A stretch of DNA of 63,828 nt from an uncultured Collinsella sp. (GCA_900554495.1 USHR01000001.1:1-63828), one strand, 5' to 3'; positions 49,820-60,211 are shown, counted from the first letter of the stretch. Numbers and translations: made by a program. Notes: generated from the sequence alone by a model not told the origin.

Positions 49820-51487
49820 ATGCCTACTGACATCGAAATCGCACGTTCCGTCACGCCGCTGCCCATTACCGAGGTTGCCAAGAACGCCGGCGTCGACGTA
49901 AAGCACCTGATTCCGTACGGCTTCGACAAGGCTAAGGTCGACTACTCTCTGCTCAACGAGCCAACTGATCACCAGGCCAAGCTTGTCCTCGTGACCGCTA
50001 TCAATCCCACGCCCGCCGGCGAGGGCAAGACCACCACGACCATCGGCCTGGCCGATGGCCTGCGCCGTCGCGGCGTCAAGAGCGCTGTGGCCCTGCGTGA
50101 GCCTTCGCTCGGCCCTGTCTTTGGTGTCAAGGGCGGTGCCGCCGGTGGCGGCTGGGCCCAGGTCATCCCCATGGAGGACATCAACCTGCACTTTACCGGT
50201 GACTTCCATGCTATCGGTGCCGCCAACAACCTGCTGGCTGCCATGCTCGACAACCATATTCAGCAGGGCAACCAGCTCGGCATCGACGTTAAGCGCATCA
50301 CCTGGAAGCGCGTTGTCGACATGAACGACCGTCAGCTGCGCCATGTCATCGATGGCATTGGCGGCAAGGCCCAGGGAGTGCCGCGCGAGGACGGCTTCGA
50401 TATCACCGTTGCCTCCGAGGTCATGGCGATCCTGTGCCTGTCCACGAGCATCAACGATCTTAAGGAGCGCTTGGGCGAGATCGTTGTCGGCTACAGCTAT
50501 GCCGGCGAGCCCGTCCGTGCACGCGACCTTAAGGCCCAGGGAGCTATGGCCGCACTGCTCAAGGATGCGCTCAAGCCCAATCTGGTGCAGACGCTCGAGG
50601 GTACGCCCGCGTTTGTCCACGGTGGTCCCTTCGCCAATATCGCCCACGGCTGCAACTCCATCATGGCCACGCGTATGGCTATGCGTTTTGGCGATGTCGC
50701 CATTACCGAGGCCGGCTTTGGTGCCGACCTGGGTGCCGAGAAATTCCTGGACATCAAGTGCCGCATGACGGGCGTTCGTCCCAACGCCGTCGTGGTCGTC
50801 GCGACCGCTCGCGCCCTTAAGTACAACGGCGGTGTTGCCAAGGCCGATCTTAACGAGGAAAACCTCGAGGCCCTTAAGGCCGGTATGCCCAACCTGCTGC
50901 GCCACGTCGACAATATCCAGAACGTCTACGGTCTGCCCTGCGTGGTCGCCATCAACCGCTTCCCGACGGACACCGAGGCCGAGCTCACCCTCATCGAGTC
51001 CGAGTGCCAGAAGCTGGGTGTCAACGTTAAGCTTTCCGAGGTCTGGGCCAAGGGCGGCGAGGGCGCGCTCGACCTGGCCGATGAGGTCATGCGCTTGATC
51101 GAGCAGCCGAGCGAGCTCAAGTTTGCCTACGAGGACGGTGCCGATGTGGCCGACGCCCTCGAGGCTGTTGCCACCAAGGTCTACCGCGCCGACGGCGTCG
51201 ACTTTACGCCGGCTGCCAAGCGCCAGCTCGCCGAGCTGCGCGAGAACGGCTTTGGCAACCTGCCGGTATGCGTGGCCAAGACGCAGTACAGCTTTAGCGA
51301 CAACGCTAAGGCGCTGGGCGCTCCCGAGGGCTTCCGCATCACCGTGCGCGAGCTCAAGGTTTCCGCCGGTGCCCACTTTGTGGTCGCGCTGACCGGCAGC
51401 GTTCTGACCATGCCGGGCCTGCCCAAGGTTCCCGCGGCCGAGAACATCGACGTCGACAACGACGGCAACATCACCGGCCTGTTCTAA
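49820..51487 (+). CDS. fhs: Formate--tetrahydrofolate ligase
   Basis: [40 protein letters not shown]. Confidence 0.97.
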   Translation: MPTDIEIARSVTPLPITEVAKNAGVDVKHLIPYGFDKAKVDYSLLNEPTDHQAKLVLVTAINPTPAGEGKTTTTIGLADGLRRRGVKSAVALREPSLGPVFGVKGGAAGGGWAQVIPMEDINLHFTGDFHAIGAANNLLAAMLDNHIQQGNQLGIDVKRITWKRVVDMNDRQLRHVIDGIGGKAQGVPREDGFDITVASEVMAILCLSTSINDLKERLGEIVVGYSYAGEPVRARDLKAQGAMAALLKDALKPNLVQTLEGTPAFVHGGPFANIAHGCNSIMATRMAMRFGDVAITEAGFGADLGAEKFLDIKCRMTGVRPNAVVVVATARALKYNGGVAKADLNEENLEALKAGMPNLLRHVDNIQNVYGLPCVVAINRFPTDTEAELTLIESECQKLGVNVKLSEVWAKGGEGALDLADEVMRLIEQPSELKFAYEDGADVADALEAVATKVYRADGVDFTPAAKRQLAELRENGFGNLPVCVAKTQYSFSDNAKALGAPEGFRITVRELKVSAGAHFVVALTGSVLTMPGLPKVPAAENIDVDNDGNITGLF

Positions 51488-51529
51488 GCCTGCTGCTCAT
51501 AGCCGCTTGCCCGCCCCGTCGCGCCTACC

Positions 51530-51550
51530 AAGGCCCGGCGGGGCTTTTTG
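51530..51550 (+). terminator. Probable terminator after fhs
   Basis: AAGGCCC-GGCG-GGGCTTTTT. Confidence 0.55.
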
Positions 51551-51655
51551 ATGCGGCGGCAATGTTGCGCAACAAGAATGGGGATTTTTCTCGTACGGTG
51601 TAGTTGGAAGAATTGCGCGGGCGCATTGCGGCTGCGACGAGAGACGGGAGATGCG

Positions 51656-53656
51656 ATGTATTGCACCAAGTGCGGAGCTCAGATACCCGATGGCTCCACG
51701 TTTTGTACGAGCTGCGGCGCTCGCGTGGGCGGCGTTGAGGACCAGGCGGAGCCTGTGGCGTTTCCGGTAGGGGACGCGCCGGCGACCGCTCCTCAGGGTG
51801 CCCCGGCTCATATGGCGGCGCAGCCTCGTTATGAGGAGTCTGTGACCGAGCCTGCCGAGGCCTCTCAGCCGTCTGTTCCGACGCCGCAGTCTAAGAAACC
51901 CAAGCACAAGGGCCGTATCGTCGCTGCCGTTATCGGCGGTGTGGCCGTTGTCGCCATCGTGGCAGCAATCGTTGTCGTGCCGCGCATCGGCGCGTCGTCC
52001 GAGGTGACTTCGGGCGGCAAGGGCTATGTTGTCTGCGCGTGCGAGACCAAGGTTCTGCCTAAGAACAGCAAGGGCAAAAAGCTCGATAGTTATACCGTCG
52101 AGCTGGCGCCGGTGTCCGGCAAGGGCAAGAGCTACACCATCAAGGTCGAGGGTGAGGACGGCTTTGCCATGGAGGACTTTGGCGAGCTGCCCGACCAGAA
52201 GTACCAGATGACCATCACCTCGGGCAAGGGCAAAAAGAAGAGCACGACCACCATGAAGGTCGACTACACCAAGGAGGGCTCGGACGCCCCTAAGAGCGTT
52301 GAGCTCACGCAGTCCAAGAAGGAGGCCAAGGCATCTGCCAAGGCAGCGGTCAAGACGGCAAATGAACTGTTCACCGACAAGATCCTCGAGTACCAGAAGA
52401 AGTACGGCGAGGGCGAAGCTGTCGAATTCGATGAATATACGTATGGAGCCCAGGGTGTTGCTTACGCAAAACTTGTTGACTTTGATGGTGACGGCCAAGA
52501 TGAGCTACTGATTGAGTATTCCGATGAACCGGTGGACCGTGCGGATAACGCGGCCGCTGCGCATCTTGAAGTCTGGGCGTATAAGAATGGCAAGATTGAG
52601 AAGGTCTACACGCCAGAGGCGATCGTGGGCACTCAGGAAGCGTGCGTGACTTTGGGTGCTACTGAATATGCGGGTAATATTGGATTTACGCAGTGGTTTG
52701 ACCATGGGAAGGAAATTAAACAAAGCGACGTCTCTGGCGAAAGTGGCCCTTCTGCCCATGAATACCAAGTTAAATTCATCGGGTATGATGGTCAATCATT
52801 CAAGGCAATGACGGACCTTATTGCTCTGAGGGAATTCAACCTTGGCTATTCTGGCGTTTATGGTGTGTTATTTTCCGATAAGGACTCGATAAACGAAACC
52901 ATCGCAACGGTGGCCACGACGCTGGAGCAGCTGAAATCGAAGGACTCTGACGATGCGCAGGCGAGCTACGAGGCCGTTTCCGCAACGCAGGATGTTGACT
53001 TTACGGCTGCGGTTGGCGAAGGCCCGCTGGATCCGTCCCCCGATGATACGTGCCAGATTTCGGCTACGTGGACCTATCCTCAGGTAAAGGGCCAGGGCGT
53101 GGGCGTCGCCAAGTTTAACAAGGATATGGTCCAGCTCGTTGCGGACACGCTCGATGCGAGCAAGCAGGCCTCGATGGATGACGAGGACAGCCGCGTGACC
53201 ATGATGTATACCGCCGAGATCGTCTCGATTGACGGCGATATCGCCTGCGTGCGAACCTACACCGACAGCTATCAACCTCCGTATCGATCGGAACGGGTGA
53301 CGAGGTCGGCGTACTACAACCTCAAGACGGGTGAGCAGGTTTCGCTCGAGGATTCGCTTGCGCAGCATGGGCTCTCGTTCGACACCCTCAAGAGCGAGGC
53401 CAAGCAGGCAATTAAGACAGCAAAGCCGGATATAGATTCCGTGTCCGAAGACAACATCGACGATGACGATAACTACACCGAGGATCATTTCTACTACGAC
53501 GGCAAGGGCTATATCATCGTCCTCGATACTGGCGAGTTTGACTGCATGGCATGGGATACCCACGACTTGGTTGCGCACGCCTTCGACTCGAGCTATTCCT
53601 GCGGTCAGGATGTAACGCCCGAGCGAGCCAAGGCCACGTACGTACCCAATGAGTAA
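51656..53656 (+). CDS. Zinc-ribbon membrane protein with large extracellular region (FG-GAP-like motif, RsiV/DUF3298-like C-terminus)
   Basis: MYCTKCG...FCTSCG, TM helix, DFDGDGQDEL, YYNLKTGEQVSLED. Confidence 0.78.
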   Translation: MYCTKCGAQIPDGSTFCTSCGARVGGVEDQAEPVAFPVGDAPATAPQGAPAHMAAQPRYEESVTEPAEASQPSVPTPQSKKPKHKGRIVAAVIGGVAVVAIVAAIVVVPRIGASSEVTSGGKGYVVCACETKVLPKNSKGKKLDSYTVELAPVSGKGKSYTIKVEGEDGFAMEDFGELPDQKYQMTITSGKGKKKSTTTMKVDYTKEGSDAPKSVELTQSKKEAKASAKAAVKTANELFTDKILEYQKKYGEGEAVEFDEYTYGAQGVAYAKLVDFDGDGQDELLIEYSDEPVDRADNAAAAHLEVWAYKNGKIEKVYTPEAIVGTQEACVTLGATEYAGNIGFTQWFDHGKEIKQSDVSGESGPSAHEYQVKFIGYDGQSFKAMTDLIALREFNLGYSGVYGVLFSDKDSINETIATVATTLEQLKSKDSDDAQASYEAVSATQDVDFTAAVGEGPLDPSPDDTCQISATWTYPQVKGQGVGVAKFNKDMVQLVADTLDASKQASMDDEDSRVTMMYTAEIVSIDGDIACVRTYTDSYQPPYRSERVTRSAYYNLKTGEQVSLEDSLAQHGLSFDTLKSEAKQAIKTAKPDIDSVSEDNIDDDDNYTEDHFYYDGKGYIIVLDTGEFDCMAWDTHDLVAHAFDSSYSCGQDVTPERAKATYVPNE

Positions 53657-53776
53657 GGTAGGCCGCGAGAGATAAATTGAACAGTCCCCGGTGGCACAAA
53701 ACGCAGCGCCCCCGGGGACTTTTTGATGCAAATTGGCTCCGAAACAAGCTATCTGGGCCAGCCGCGCCACGAAAAG

Positions 53777-53914
53777 CGCCCATCTACTACGTTTGCCAGG
53801 GTTGGACCGACCATGGAGCGTTTTTTAACAATGCGGCAAGACGTTTACCTGCGGTTTTGTTAACACAAATATGGCTATGGTTGGCACCCTTGGGTTAAAC
53901 GTAGTAGATGGGCG
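53777..53914 (+). ncRNA. Candidate structured RNA or MITE: 138-nt interrupted hairpin
   Basis: Perfect 18-bp terminal IR CGCCCATCTACTACGTTT plus inner stems with plus-strand G-U pairs. Confidence 0.45.
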
Positions 53915-54149
53915 AATTTTTTGGTGCACAGCCCAAGAAGAGGTCGCTAGCCGCGCTGGAGGCCGAAGAGTTTGGCACGCGTCGTGTCCTTGATGAGCTT
54001 GCTTTTTGCCATGACGTTCCTCGATTCGCTTGTGACCGTCGACCGCGCATGTCTTGTAGATACCGGCGGGCTTTGCCCATCATAGGCTTTTGCGCGGGTA
54101 GAATGCATTGATAACTTGATGCTTACGGGCGACGGAAAGGAATCGTTGC

Positions 54150-55109
54150 ATGGACCAGGATAAGACGACCGTAATGGGTGGCTACGGCTCCCCGCGGACG
54201 GGCAATGGCGCCGATGAGACCCGCGTCGTGCCGAATCCCGGCTACGTTGCCCCCGATACGACGCAGGCGTCGGCCGATCCCACGCGCGTTGTGAATTACG
54301 GAAACGCAGCGCAGGACCCGTATGGTGCCTCGTCGCAGAGCCCCTACGGCAACGCGGCGGCAGACCCTTATGATGACCTGCTGCAAAATCCCATTCCGCA
54401 ACCTCAGCAGACGACCTATATGCCGCGCACGGCACAGCCGCGCTACGAGTCGCGCGACCGATATGCGCGCGAGCCGTATCGTGAGTATCCCAAGTCCATC
54501 CCTCAGTATGGCGAGGACGAGGAGAAGAAGCCTTCGCGTTCGTCGAGCGTGATCAAGAAGATCCTCATCGTGCTGGCGATTTTCTTTGCCCTGTCTGTTG
54601 TGTTTGCCATCGTGTCGGGCATGCTCAATAAACGGGGGAGCTCAACGACCGATACCACCACCGAGCAGACCGAGACTGCCCAGTCCGGCACCGTCGACCT
54701 GAGCGATATCCCGGGACAGTACTGGTCCAACGCCAAAAAGCTCCTCAAGTCGCGCGGGGTCGACCTTTCGAATGCCGTGATTCTGACTGACGACGGCTCG
54801 ACGCCTGTTGTCGACGCCAACTGGGTGGTTACGTCTGCCTACTATAACGACAACGGTAACCTCGAGATTCAGCTCACGCGCAAGGACGGCTCGTCGGGCA
54901 ATGCGTCCGGCGACCAGGGCACCACGGACAGCTCGAGCTCCAACACGCTGGAGGACCTGAACAACAAGGCGCAGGAGCTGGGAGATAAGGCCCAGCAGTT
55001 GGGCGACACCGCTCAGAATCTCGGCGATACTGCTCAGAATCTGGGCGATATGGCAACCAACGCCTGGGATACGCTGCAAAACGGCATTTCGGGCGCGCAG
55101 GGGAACTAG
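54150..55109 (+). CDS. Single-pass membrane protein (Pro/Tyr-rich cytoplasmic N-terminus, PASTA-like segment, 7-aa C-terminal repeats)
   Basis: GAAAGGA RBS, TM ILIVLAIFFALSVVFAIV, AQxLGD x4 at 54969-55052. Confidence 0.78.
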   Translation: MDQDKTTVMGGYGSPRTGNGADETRVVPNPGYVAPDTTQASADPTRVVNYGNAAQDPYGASSQSPYGNAAADPYDDLLQNPIPQPQQTTYMPRTAQPRYESRDRYAREPYREYPKSIPQYGEDEEKKPSRSSSVIKKILIVLAIFFALSVVFAIVSGMLNKRGSSTTDTTTEQTETAQSGTVDLSDIPGQYWSNAKKLLKSRGVDLSNAVILTDDGSTPVVDANWVVTSAYYNDNGNLEIQLTRKDGSSGNASGDQGTTDSSSSNTLEDLNNKAQELGDKAQQLGDTAQNLGDTAQNLGDMATNAWDTLQNGISGAQGN

Positions 55110-55143
55110 CGGTCGAGCGGCTAGAGCCTTAGCGGTGCGAACA

Positions 55144-55211
55144 AAAACGGGACGCAGGATTGCGTGACCGGGCGCATAGGCGCGTTGGTCGGCGGTCCTG
55201 CGTCCCGTTTT
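55144..55211. terminator. Bidirectional terminator hairpin
   Basis: AAAACGGGACGCAGGA ... TCCTGCGTCCCGTTTT between convergent genes. Confidence 0.7.
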
Positions 55212-55219
55212 GCTGTCGA

Positions 55220-56401
55220 TTACAGCTGCTCGGCCGGGCGGTCGGGCGAGCTAAAGCCCGAGTCAAAGGTGACAACGCATGATGCATCGGGCCGGCGCTC
55301 GTGCACGATGCGCGTGACGAGCTCCAACAGTTCCTCGTCGGATATGTCAAAGCCGTCGGGACGCACCAGGTCAAACGAAACGAACCCGTCGTGCTCGTGC
55401 AGGTCGTGGATGGAAAGCGCGGGGTCGATCTGCGCCACGCCGCGTTTGACCCAGCCGCGCAGGTCATCGCCGTTCGTGGCGATGGGGTCGCAATGCAGCG
55501 TGATGTCGATGCCCATCTGGCGTTTGATGTCATGTTCGATGGTGTCCAGGATCTCGTGGTGCTCAAAGGCATCGCCCTCGCCGGGCATTTCCACGTGTGC
55601 GCTGGCAAACTGACGGCCGGGGCCGTAGTCGTGCACCATGAGGTCGTGCGTGCCTAGGACCTGGGGGTACGACATAATCCTGTCGCGGATTTCCTGGACG
55701 AGCTTGGGGTCGGGCGCTTGTCCCAACAGCGGGCTGATGGCGTCGCGCACCAGGCCCATGCCGCTGATGCAAATGAAGATGCCCACGCCCAGGCCCGCCC
55801 AGCCGTCGAGGTCAAAGCCTGTCGTTTGCGAAATAAGCGCCGCCGCCAAGACCGAGGCCGAGGTGATGACGTCGTTTTTGGAGTCCTGCGCCGTGGCGAT
55901 AAGCGTCTCGGAATCGATGCGGTTGCCCAGCGTGCGGTTGAACGCGGCCATCCAGAGCTTGACGAGCATGGATGTAGCCAGTGCCGCAAGGGAAACGAGC
56001 GTGTAGGCGGTGGGGGAGGGCTTGATGATCTTGGTGACGGATTCGAGCGCCAGATTGATGCCGACGGCGCAAACGAGGACGGCGACAAACAAGCCGGCGA
56101 GGTACTCGTAGCGGCCGTGACCATAGGGGTGGCCTTCGTCGGCCGGGCGGCTGGCAAGGCGGAACCCGAGCAGACTCACGATGTTGCTCGAGGCGTCGGA
56201 GAGGTTGTTGAAGGCGTCGGCGATAAGCGAGACGGAGCCGGCGAGCAGGCCCGCGATGCCCTTGGCTAGGCACAGGGTAATGTTGAGGCCAATGCAAATG
56301 AGGCTTGCGGCAAAACCCGCGTTGGTGCGGCAGGAGGTATCGACCGGCTCGCTTTCGCTGCCGGGAACAAGCGTATGTACCAGCCGATTTACAAATAGCA
56401 T
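55220..56401 (-). CDS. Cation diffusion facilitator (FieF-like) transporter
   Basis: SLIADAFNNLSD, HPYGHGRYEY, DSKND, HDLMVHDYGPG. Confidence 0.93.
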   Translation of the reverse strand: MLFVNRLVHTLVPGSESEPVDTSCRTNAGFAASLICIGLNITLCLAKGIAGLLAGSVSLIADAFNNLSDASSNIVSLLGFRLASRPADEGHPYGHGRYEYLAGLFVAVLVCAVGINLALESVTKIIKPSPTAYTLVSLAALATSMLVKLWMAAFNRTLGNRIDSETLIATAQDSKNDVITSASVLAAALISQTTGFDLDGWAGLGVGIFICISGMGLVRDAISPLLGQAPDPKLVQEIRDRIMSYPQVLGTHDLMVHDYGPGRQFASAHVEMPGEGDAFEHHEILDTIEHDIKRQMGIDITLHCDPIATNGDDLRGWVKRGVAQIDPALSIHDLHEHDGFVSFDLVRPDGFDISDEELLELVTRIVHERRPDASCVVTFDSGFSSPDRPAEQL

Positions 56402-56662
56402 AACGATCGTCCTCACAATCATGTTTAAGGGGATAGTGTAGCTCGCATGGGCGCACCGTGCACCGGTGCTCAGAAAATGCAGTAATGGTCTGCCCGCGCT
56501 AACGGGCGCGAGGCGGAGGGGACGACTGCCCGCGCGCCTTCGAGTTCACTGCGCCTTCCCGTCCGACCGGGTGCTCCATTTTGGGCCACATGGGTATGGG
56601 CATGTGTCTGCCTGCCCGACATACTTAATGTCGATAGCCCCTGTGCAAAGGAGGACGTTTCT

Positions 56663-58000
56663 ATGGACGAGATGTTTGCCATTAAATGTCAAAACTGCGG
56701 CGGTCCTATGTACTCGCACCAGGCTAAACGCAGCTTTGAGTGCGCCTATTGCGGCACGGTCGTTCCGTGGCAGGCCGATGCGGGGGAGCCCAAGAGCGCC
56801 CTGGGCATTCGTCATACGCCGTTGACGGTGGTGGATGGGCTACTTAAGCTCACCCATGTGTCGCAGCTCGAGCGCCCGGAGGACCCCGACTGGTATTTCT
56901 TCAATGCGTGCTGGCGCAATCAGTCGGTTCTGGAACATCTGCTGTGGGAGGACCGTGGCACGGCGCAGGAGTTCCAAGAGGCTACGCATGTGAGCATTCC
57001 CTGCCCCTTCTGCGGTGCGTCCTTTGAGGGCGAGTCCACCCAGCGCGTGTTTGAGTGCCCGTCCTGCGGCAATAAGATCGGCGTTGCCGACCTGCTCAAG
57101 CCCGGTACCTTTAGCAAACGCCTGACCATGGGCGTTGGTGCGGAGTATGTGCCCGAGCAGGGCATTCCCTGCGAGATCACTCCGCAGCAGGCGCGTGCCA
57201 ACGCACTGCAGCTGGTGCGCCAGTACCCCGACGCCTTTGCCGGGCACGACGTGGAAGACGCGATTCAAAATGACATGATGCTCTTCTATTTCCCCATGGC
57301 GCTCGCGGATTTGCGCATGATGGCGTCCTTCCCGGGCAAGGGGCTGAGCAAGGAGACCTTGGTGTACTACGAGGTGCTCGACTGGGCGTATCCGCGGGCA
57401 AACTACCTAGACGTTCGCCTTATGGGCATTTTGGAGCCGTGGGACTTTGGCAAGGTGGGGCCGTTCGATCCTGCCATGCAGGAGGGCGACTTCCGCGTCG
57501 TTTCCGTCGATGCGTCCACCAAGGACCAGGTGGTCATTGATAAGCTGGCGCTCGACGTTGCCGGCAACGATGCCGAGGCGGCGCTGGGGCTCAATAAAAA
57601 GAGCATCCGCGCCTGGGCGCGCAAGGCCCGCAAGCACAAGGACGGCCTGGTGATGGTACCGGTCTACTTTGTCGATCGTCCTGCGACTGACAGCCGCGAT
57701 GGCGAGCAGGTGCGCATTGCCGTAAACGGCCAGACGGGTCGCGCGGCGGCGGTAGTGTTTAGCGACAAGCGCGAGACGCATGTGGTGGCGTCGCTCAATC
57801 CGAGGGTGGTGCTGTCGAGCGAAAGCACCGTGCATGCCACGCCCATCGAGGTCAAATACGTTAAATCGCCGTTCCTGTACCAGATCGTACGCCGCGGAGG
57901 CGGCGAGCGGCCGCGCCAAGTGGCAGCGGCGGCCGAGGGTTCTTACCGAGATGAGAAGCCTAAACGCAAGGGCCTGTTCGGCGCGATCTTTGGGAAGTAG
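56663..58000 (+). CDS. Hypothetical protein with two N-terminal zinc ribbons
   Basis: CQNCG/CAYCG and CPFCG/CPSCG; VNGQTG motif; AGGAGG RBS. Confidence 0.8.
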   Translation: MDEMFAIKCQNCGGPMYSHQAKRSFECAYCGTVVPWQADAGEPKSALGIRHTPLTVVDGLLKLTHVSQLERPEDPDWYFFNACWRNQSVLEHLLWEDRGTAQEFQEATHVSIPCPFCGASFEGESTQRVFECPSCGNKIGVADLLKPGTFSKRLTMGVGAEYVPEQGIPCEITPQQARANALQLVRQYPDAFAGHDVEDAIQNDMMLFYFPMALADLRMMASFPGKGLSKETLVYYEVLDWAYPRANYLDVRLMGILEPWDFGKVGPFDPAMQEGDFRVVSVDASTKDQVVIDKLALDVAGNDAEAALGLNKKSIRAWARKARKHKDGLVMVPVYFVDRPATDSRDGEQVRIAVNGQTGRAAAVVFSDKRETHVVASLNPRVVLSSESTVHATPIEVKYVKSPFLYQIVRRGGGERPRQVAAAAEGSYRDEKPKRKGLFGAIFGK

Positions 58001-58104
58001 GGGAGCGGTACGGGACAGTGCGCAGTAGTGCGAGCTGTCCGTCGTGGTAGATCTAAATAAACGGTGGGGCGGCTGCAAAAGAGCCGCCCCACCGGGTAAA
58101 ATCA

Positions 58105-58202
58105 GGTTGTGCCGCGGAATCCGCTCCTCAGCTAGTCACACTTCGGAAGCGCGGGCAACGCAGGTGCTAATGTCTAAGGGGCCGGCTGCAACCGGCCCTT
58201 TT
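58105..58202 (+). ncRNA. Candidate small RNA with own -10 element and terminator
   Basis: TAAAAT at 58097; stem GTTGTGCCGCG/CGCGGGCAAC; terminator GGGCCGG-CTGCAA-CCGGCCC-TTTT. Confidence 0.35.
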
Positions 58203-58358
58203 CTGCGGCAGCGGGGATTCGAATACCAACACGGTGTACGGCCCCACGGTACTTTGCTCTGTGACGAACGGACCCATGACGGCGCATTCTGTAGTCATCA
58301 TTTATGCGGTCCCTTAATCATTTGCGTTGACTGACATTGTCTTCGTTGAAGGCGTGTC

Positions 58359-59147
58359 CTAAAACAAACACCGTTCAATCAGCTCTTTACCGCGCAGGAT
58401 GTCGACCCACTCCAGCGGGATGGCCTCGATACCGTATGCCGTGCCGGCGACGGCGCCGGCGACGGCTGCGGTGGTGTCGGTGTCGTCGCCCAGGTTGACG
58501 ACGGTAAGCACGCAATCTTCGTAGCTGCCAGTGTTGACGAAGCACCAGGCGGCTGCCTTAAGCGTGTCGCGCACGAAGCCACCTGACCTGATTTCCTGCT
58601 CGGGCACGTCTTTCAGCTGGAGCACCCATGAGGGAAGCGTGCCGTTCATCACGCTCCTCATCAGCTCGACAAATATGACGCATGCGTCGGTCGACGTTCT
58701 GTGAGCGTGCGTTATCGCGGAGACCTCGCAGATCTCGTCGTCAGTCGCGTCGACAAACGCCAAGGGTGCGATGCGCATGAGCGAACCGTTGCCGTTGTCG
58801 CGCTCACCGGAGCCTCCTTTGCCGGTGTGCAAGGCGCGGGCGGTCGTGCCGCCGTAATCGAAAACGCCGTCGATCGTATACTCGCCACGGGCAATCCAGC
58901 TTACGAACTTGTCGCTCATGTCTGCGGTGTCGATGTGCCCAAGCTCCCTTATCGAGTCGCAGGTAGCAAGCGTCATGGAAGTGTCATCGCTCCAGGTGCC
59001 GGCGGGCTGCTCGTGCGTGCCGTAGCCGGTCATGTCGGTGCATTCGAACGTGCCGCGAGGCATAAACTCGTATGGAATGCCCAGCGCGTCGCCGACGGCA
59101 AGCCCATAGATGCAGTCGCGCAGTGTTGTTTTCGGTCTGTCTGTCAT
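58359..59147 (-). CDS. ADP-ribosylglycohydrolase (DraG/ARH family)
   Basis: GLAVGDALG, WSDDTSM, GNGSLMR, ITH, GDDTDTTAAVAG. Confidence 0.93.
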   Translation of the reverse strand: MTDRPKTTLRDCIYGLAVGDALGIPYEFMPRGTFECTDMTGYGTHEQPAGTWSDDTSMTLATCDSIRELGHIDTADMSDKFVSWIARGEYTIDGVFDYGGTTARALHTGKGGSGERDNGNGSLMRIAPLAFVDATDDEICEVSAITHAHRTSTDACVIFVELMRSVMNGTLPSWVLQLKDVPEQEIRSGGFVRDTLKAAAWCFVNTGSYEDCVLTVVNLGDDTDTTAAVAGAVAGTAYGIEAIPLEWVDILRGKELIERCLF

Positions 59148-59290
59148 GAGAAACACCTCTTGTACTTTGGATTGAGGATGCGCGGCTACCTGCGGCAATG
59201 TGTCCAGCCCAATTCGGGACGCAGTGAGTCCCGAATTGGGAGAGCTTGTCAGCTAATCTGACAAATGAAAAAACCCGCAACGCTATTGCT

Positions 59291-59743
59291 TTATACAGCA
59301 ATAGGGGCCTCTTTCGGGCGTCCTGCCTTTGGAGCGTCGGCGAGTCGTGCCTCGATGGAAGCTTTGGACACCATGCGCTTGGTGCCGTCCTTCCAAGAAT
59401 CCAACAGCCCAGCATTTATCAGCTGCGATACCCTTGCCGTGCTAACGCCAAGCATGCGAGCGGTGTCCGCCGCGGTGACGGCGGGGATGTCGCCGAGCTC
59501 GCGGCTGACGGCCACGGCGATAATCTTGCCACCGTGCTGCGGCTCGTGGCCAAAGTCCGGCGCAGGCAGGTCGACGCCGCCCATTAGGTGGTCATCGACC
59601 ATGCATGCGAGAAAATCAGCGGCGCTTTCGACAGCGTCGTTTAGGTCGGATCCGAACGTTCCTCCTCCGCCCAACGAGCCGCAAGGCACGGCATCGACCA
59701 TGCCGTTCGAATCAAAGAACTCGAATTCCCATACGTAAACCAT
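59291..59743 (-). CDS. HicB-like antitoxin with C-terminal HTH
   Basis: TFGSDLNDAVESAADFL HicB fold; TARMLGVSTARVSQL HTH; GGAGG RBS. Confidence 0.75.
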   Translation of the reverse strand: MVYVWEFEFFDSNGMVDAVPCGSLGGGGTFGSDLNDAVESAADFLACMVDDHLMGGVDLPAPDFGHEPQHGGKIIAVAVSRELGDIPAVTAADTARMLGVSTARVSQLINAGLLDSWKDGTKRMVSKASIEARLADAPKAGRPKEAPIAV

Positions 59744-59941
59744 GTAAGACCTCCTCCGATGCCGGCGATTTGAGGAACATCCTAAGAGCCCACCAAGCGC
59801 ATCGAACACCTTTATTGCCTCTAGTTTAAGGCCTTGTGCGGACACGATTTGGTGTTCTGCGCGCGACCGCGAAAAGGGTTTGCGGTGACTAAAAAGTGGC
59901 TATAGAGGCAGTTTCAACGAACCTCATTGGGGGTGGCGCGC

Positions 59942-60211
59942 GTGGATAACAACACGTTGCTGTTTCACGATAAGGGTGCCGGCGTTTTCAAAGGAATAAG
60001 CATCTATCCCAATCGTATCGAGGCGGTCGTGAAGAACAACTTCTTCGGTACCCATACTAAGATCGTCTACCTCAAGGACATTACGGGTGTCAGCAGGGTC
60101 AAGGGTAAGCGCGTGCTCCTCCGTAATAGGTTGCTGACCGCCTGTTCCTACAGGCTGAGCAGTCACTCCCAGGCTCAGGAGTTCGTGAACGTGCTGAACA
60201 CGGTGATGTAG
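59942..60211 (+). CDS. Small hypothetical protein (PH-like beta-rich)
   Basis: Open frame with ISIYPNRIE...IVYLKDITGV; GTG after GGGGG. Confidence 0.55.
   Translation: MDNNTLLFHDKGAGVFKGISIYPNRIEAVVKNNFFGTHTKIVYLKDITGVSRVKGKRVLLRNRLLTACSYRLSSHSQAQEFVNVLNTVM

Noticed and set aside
58207..58227. tRNA or att-site remnant (minus-strand TTCGAATCCCC)
   Set aside because: Only a T-loop-like word; no cloverleaf, no CCA end and no partner repeat in the window
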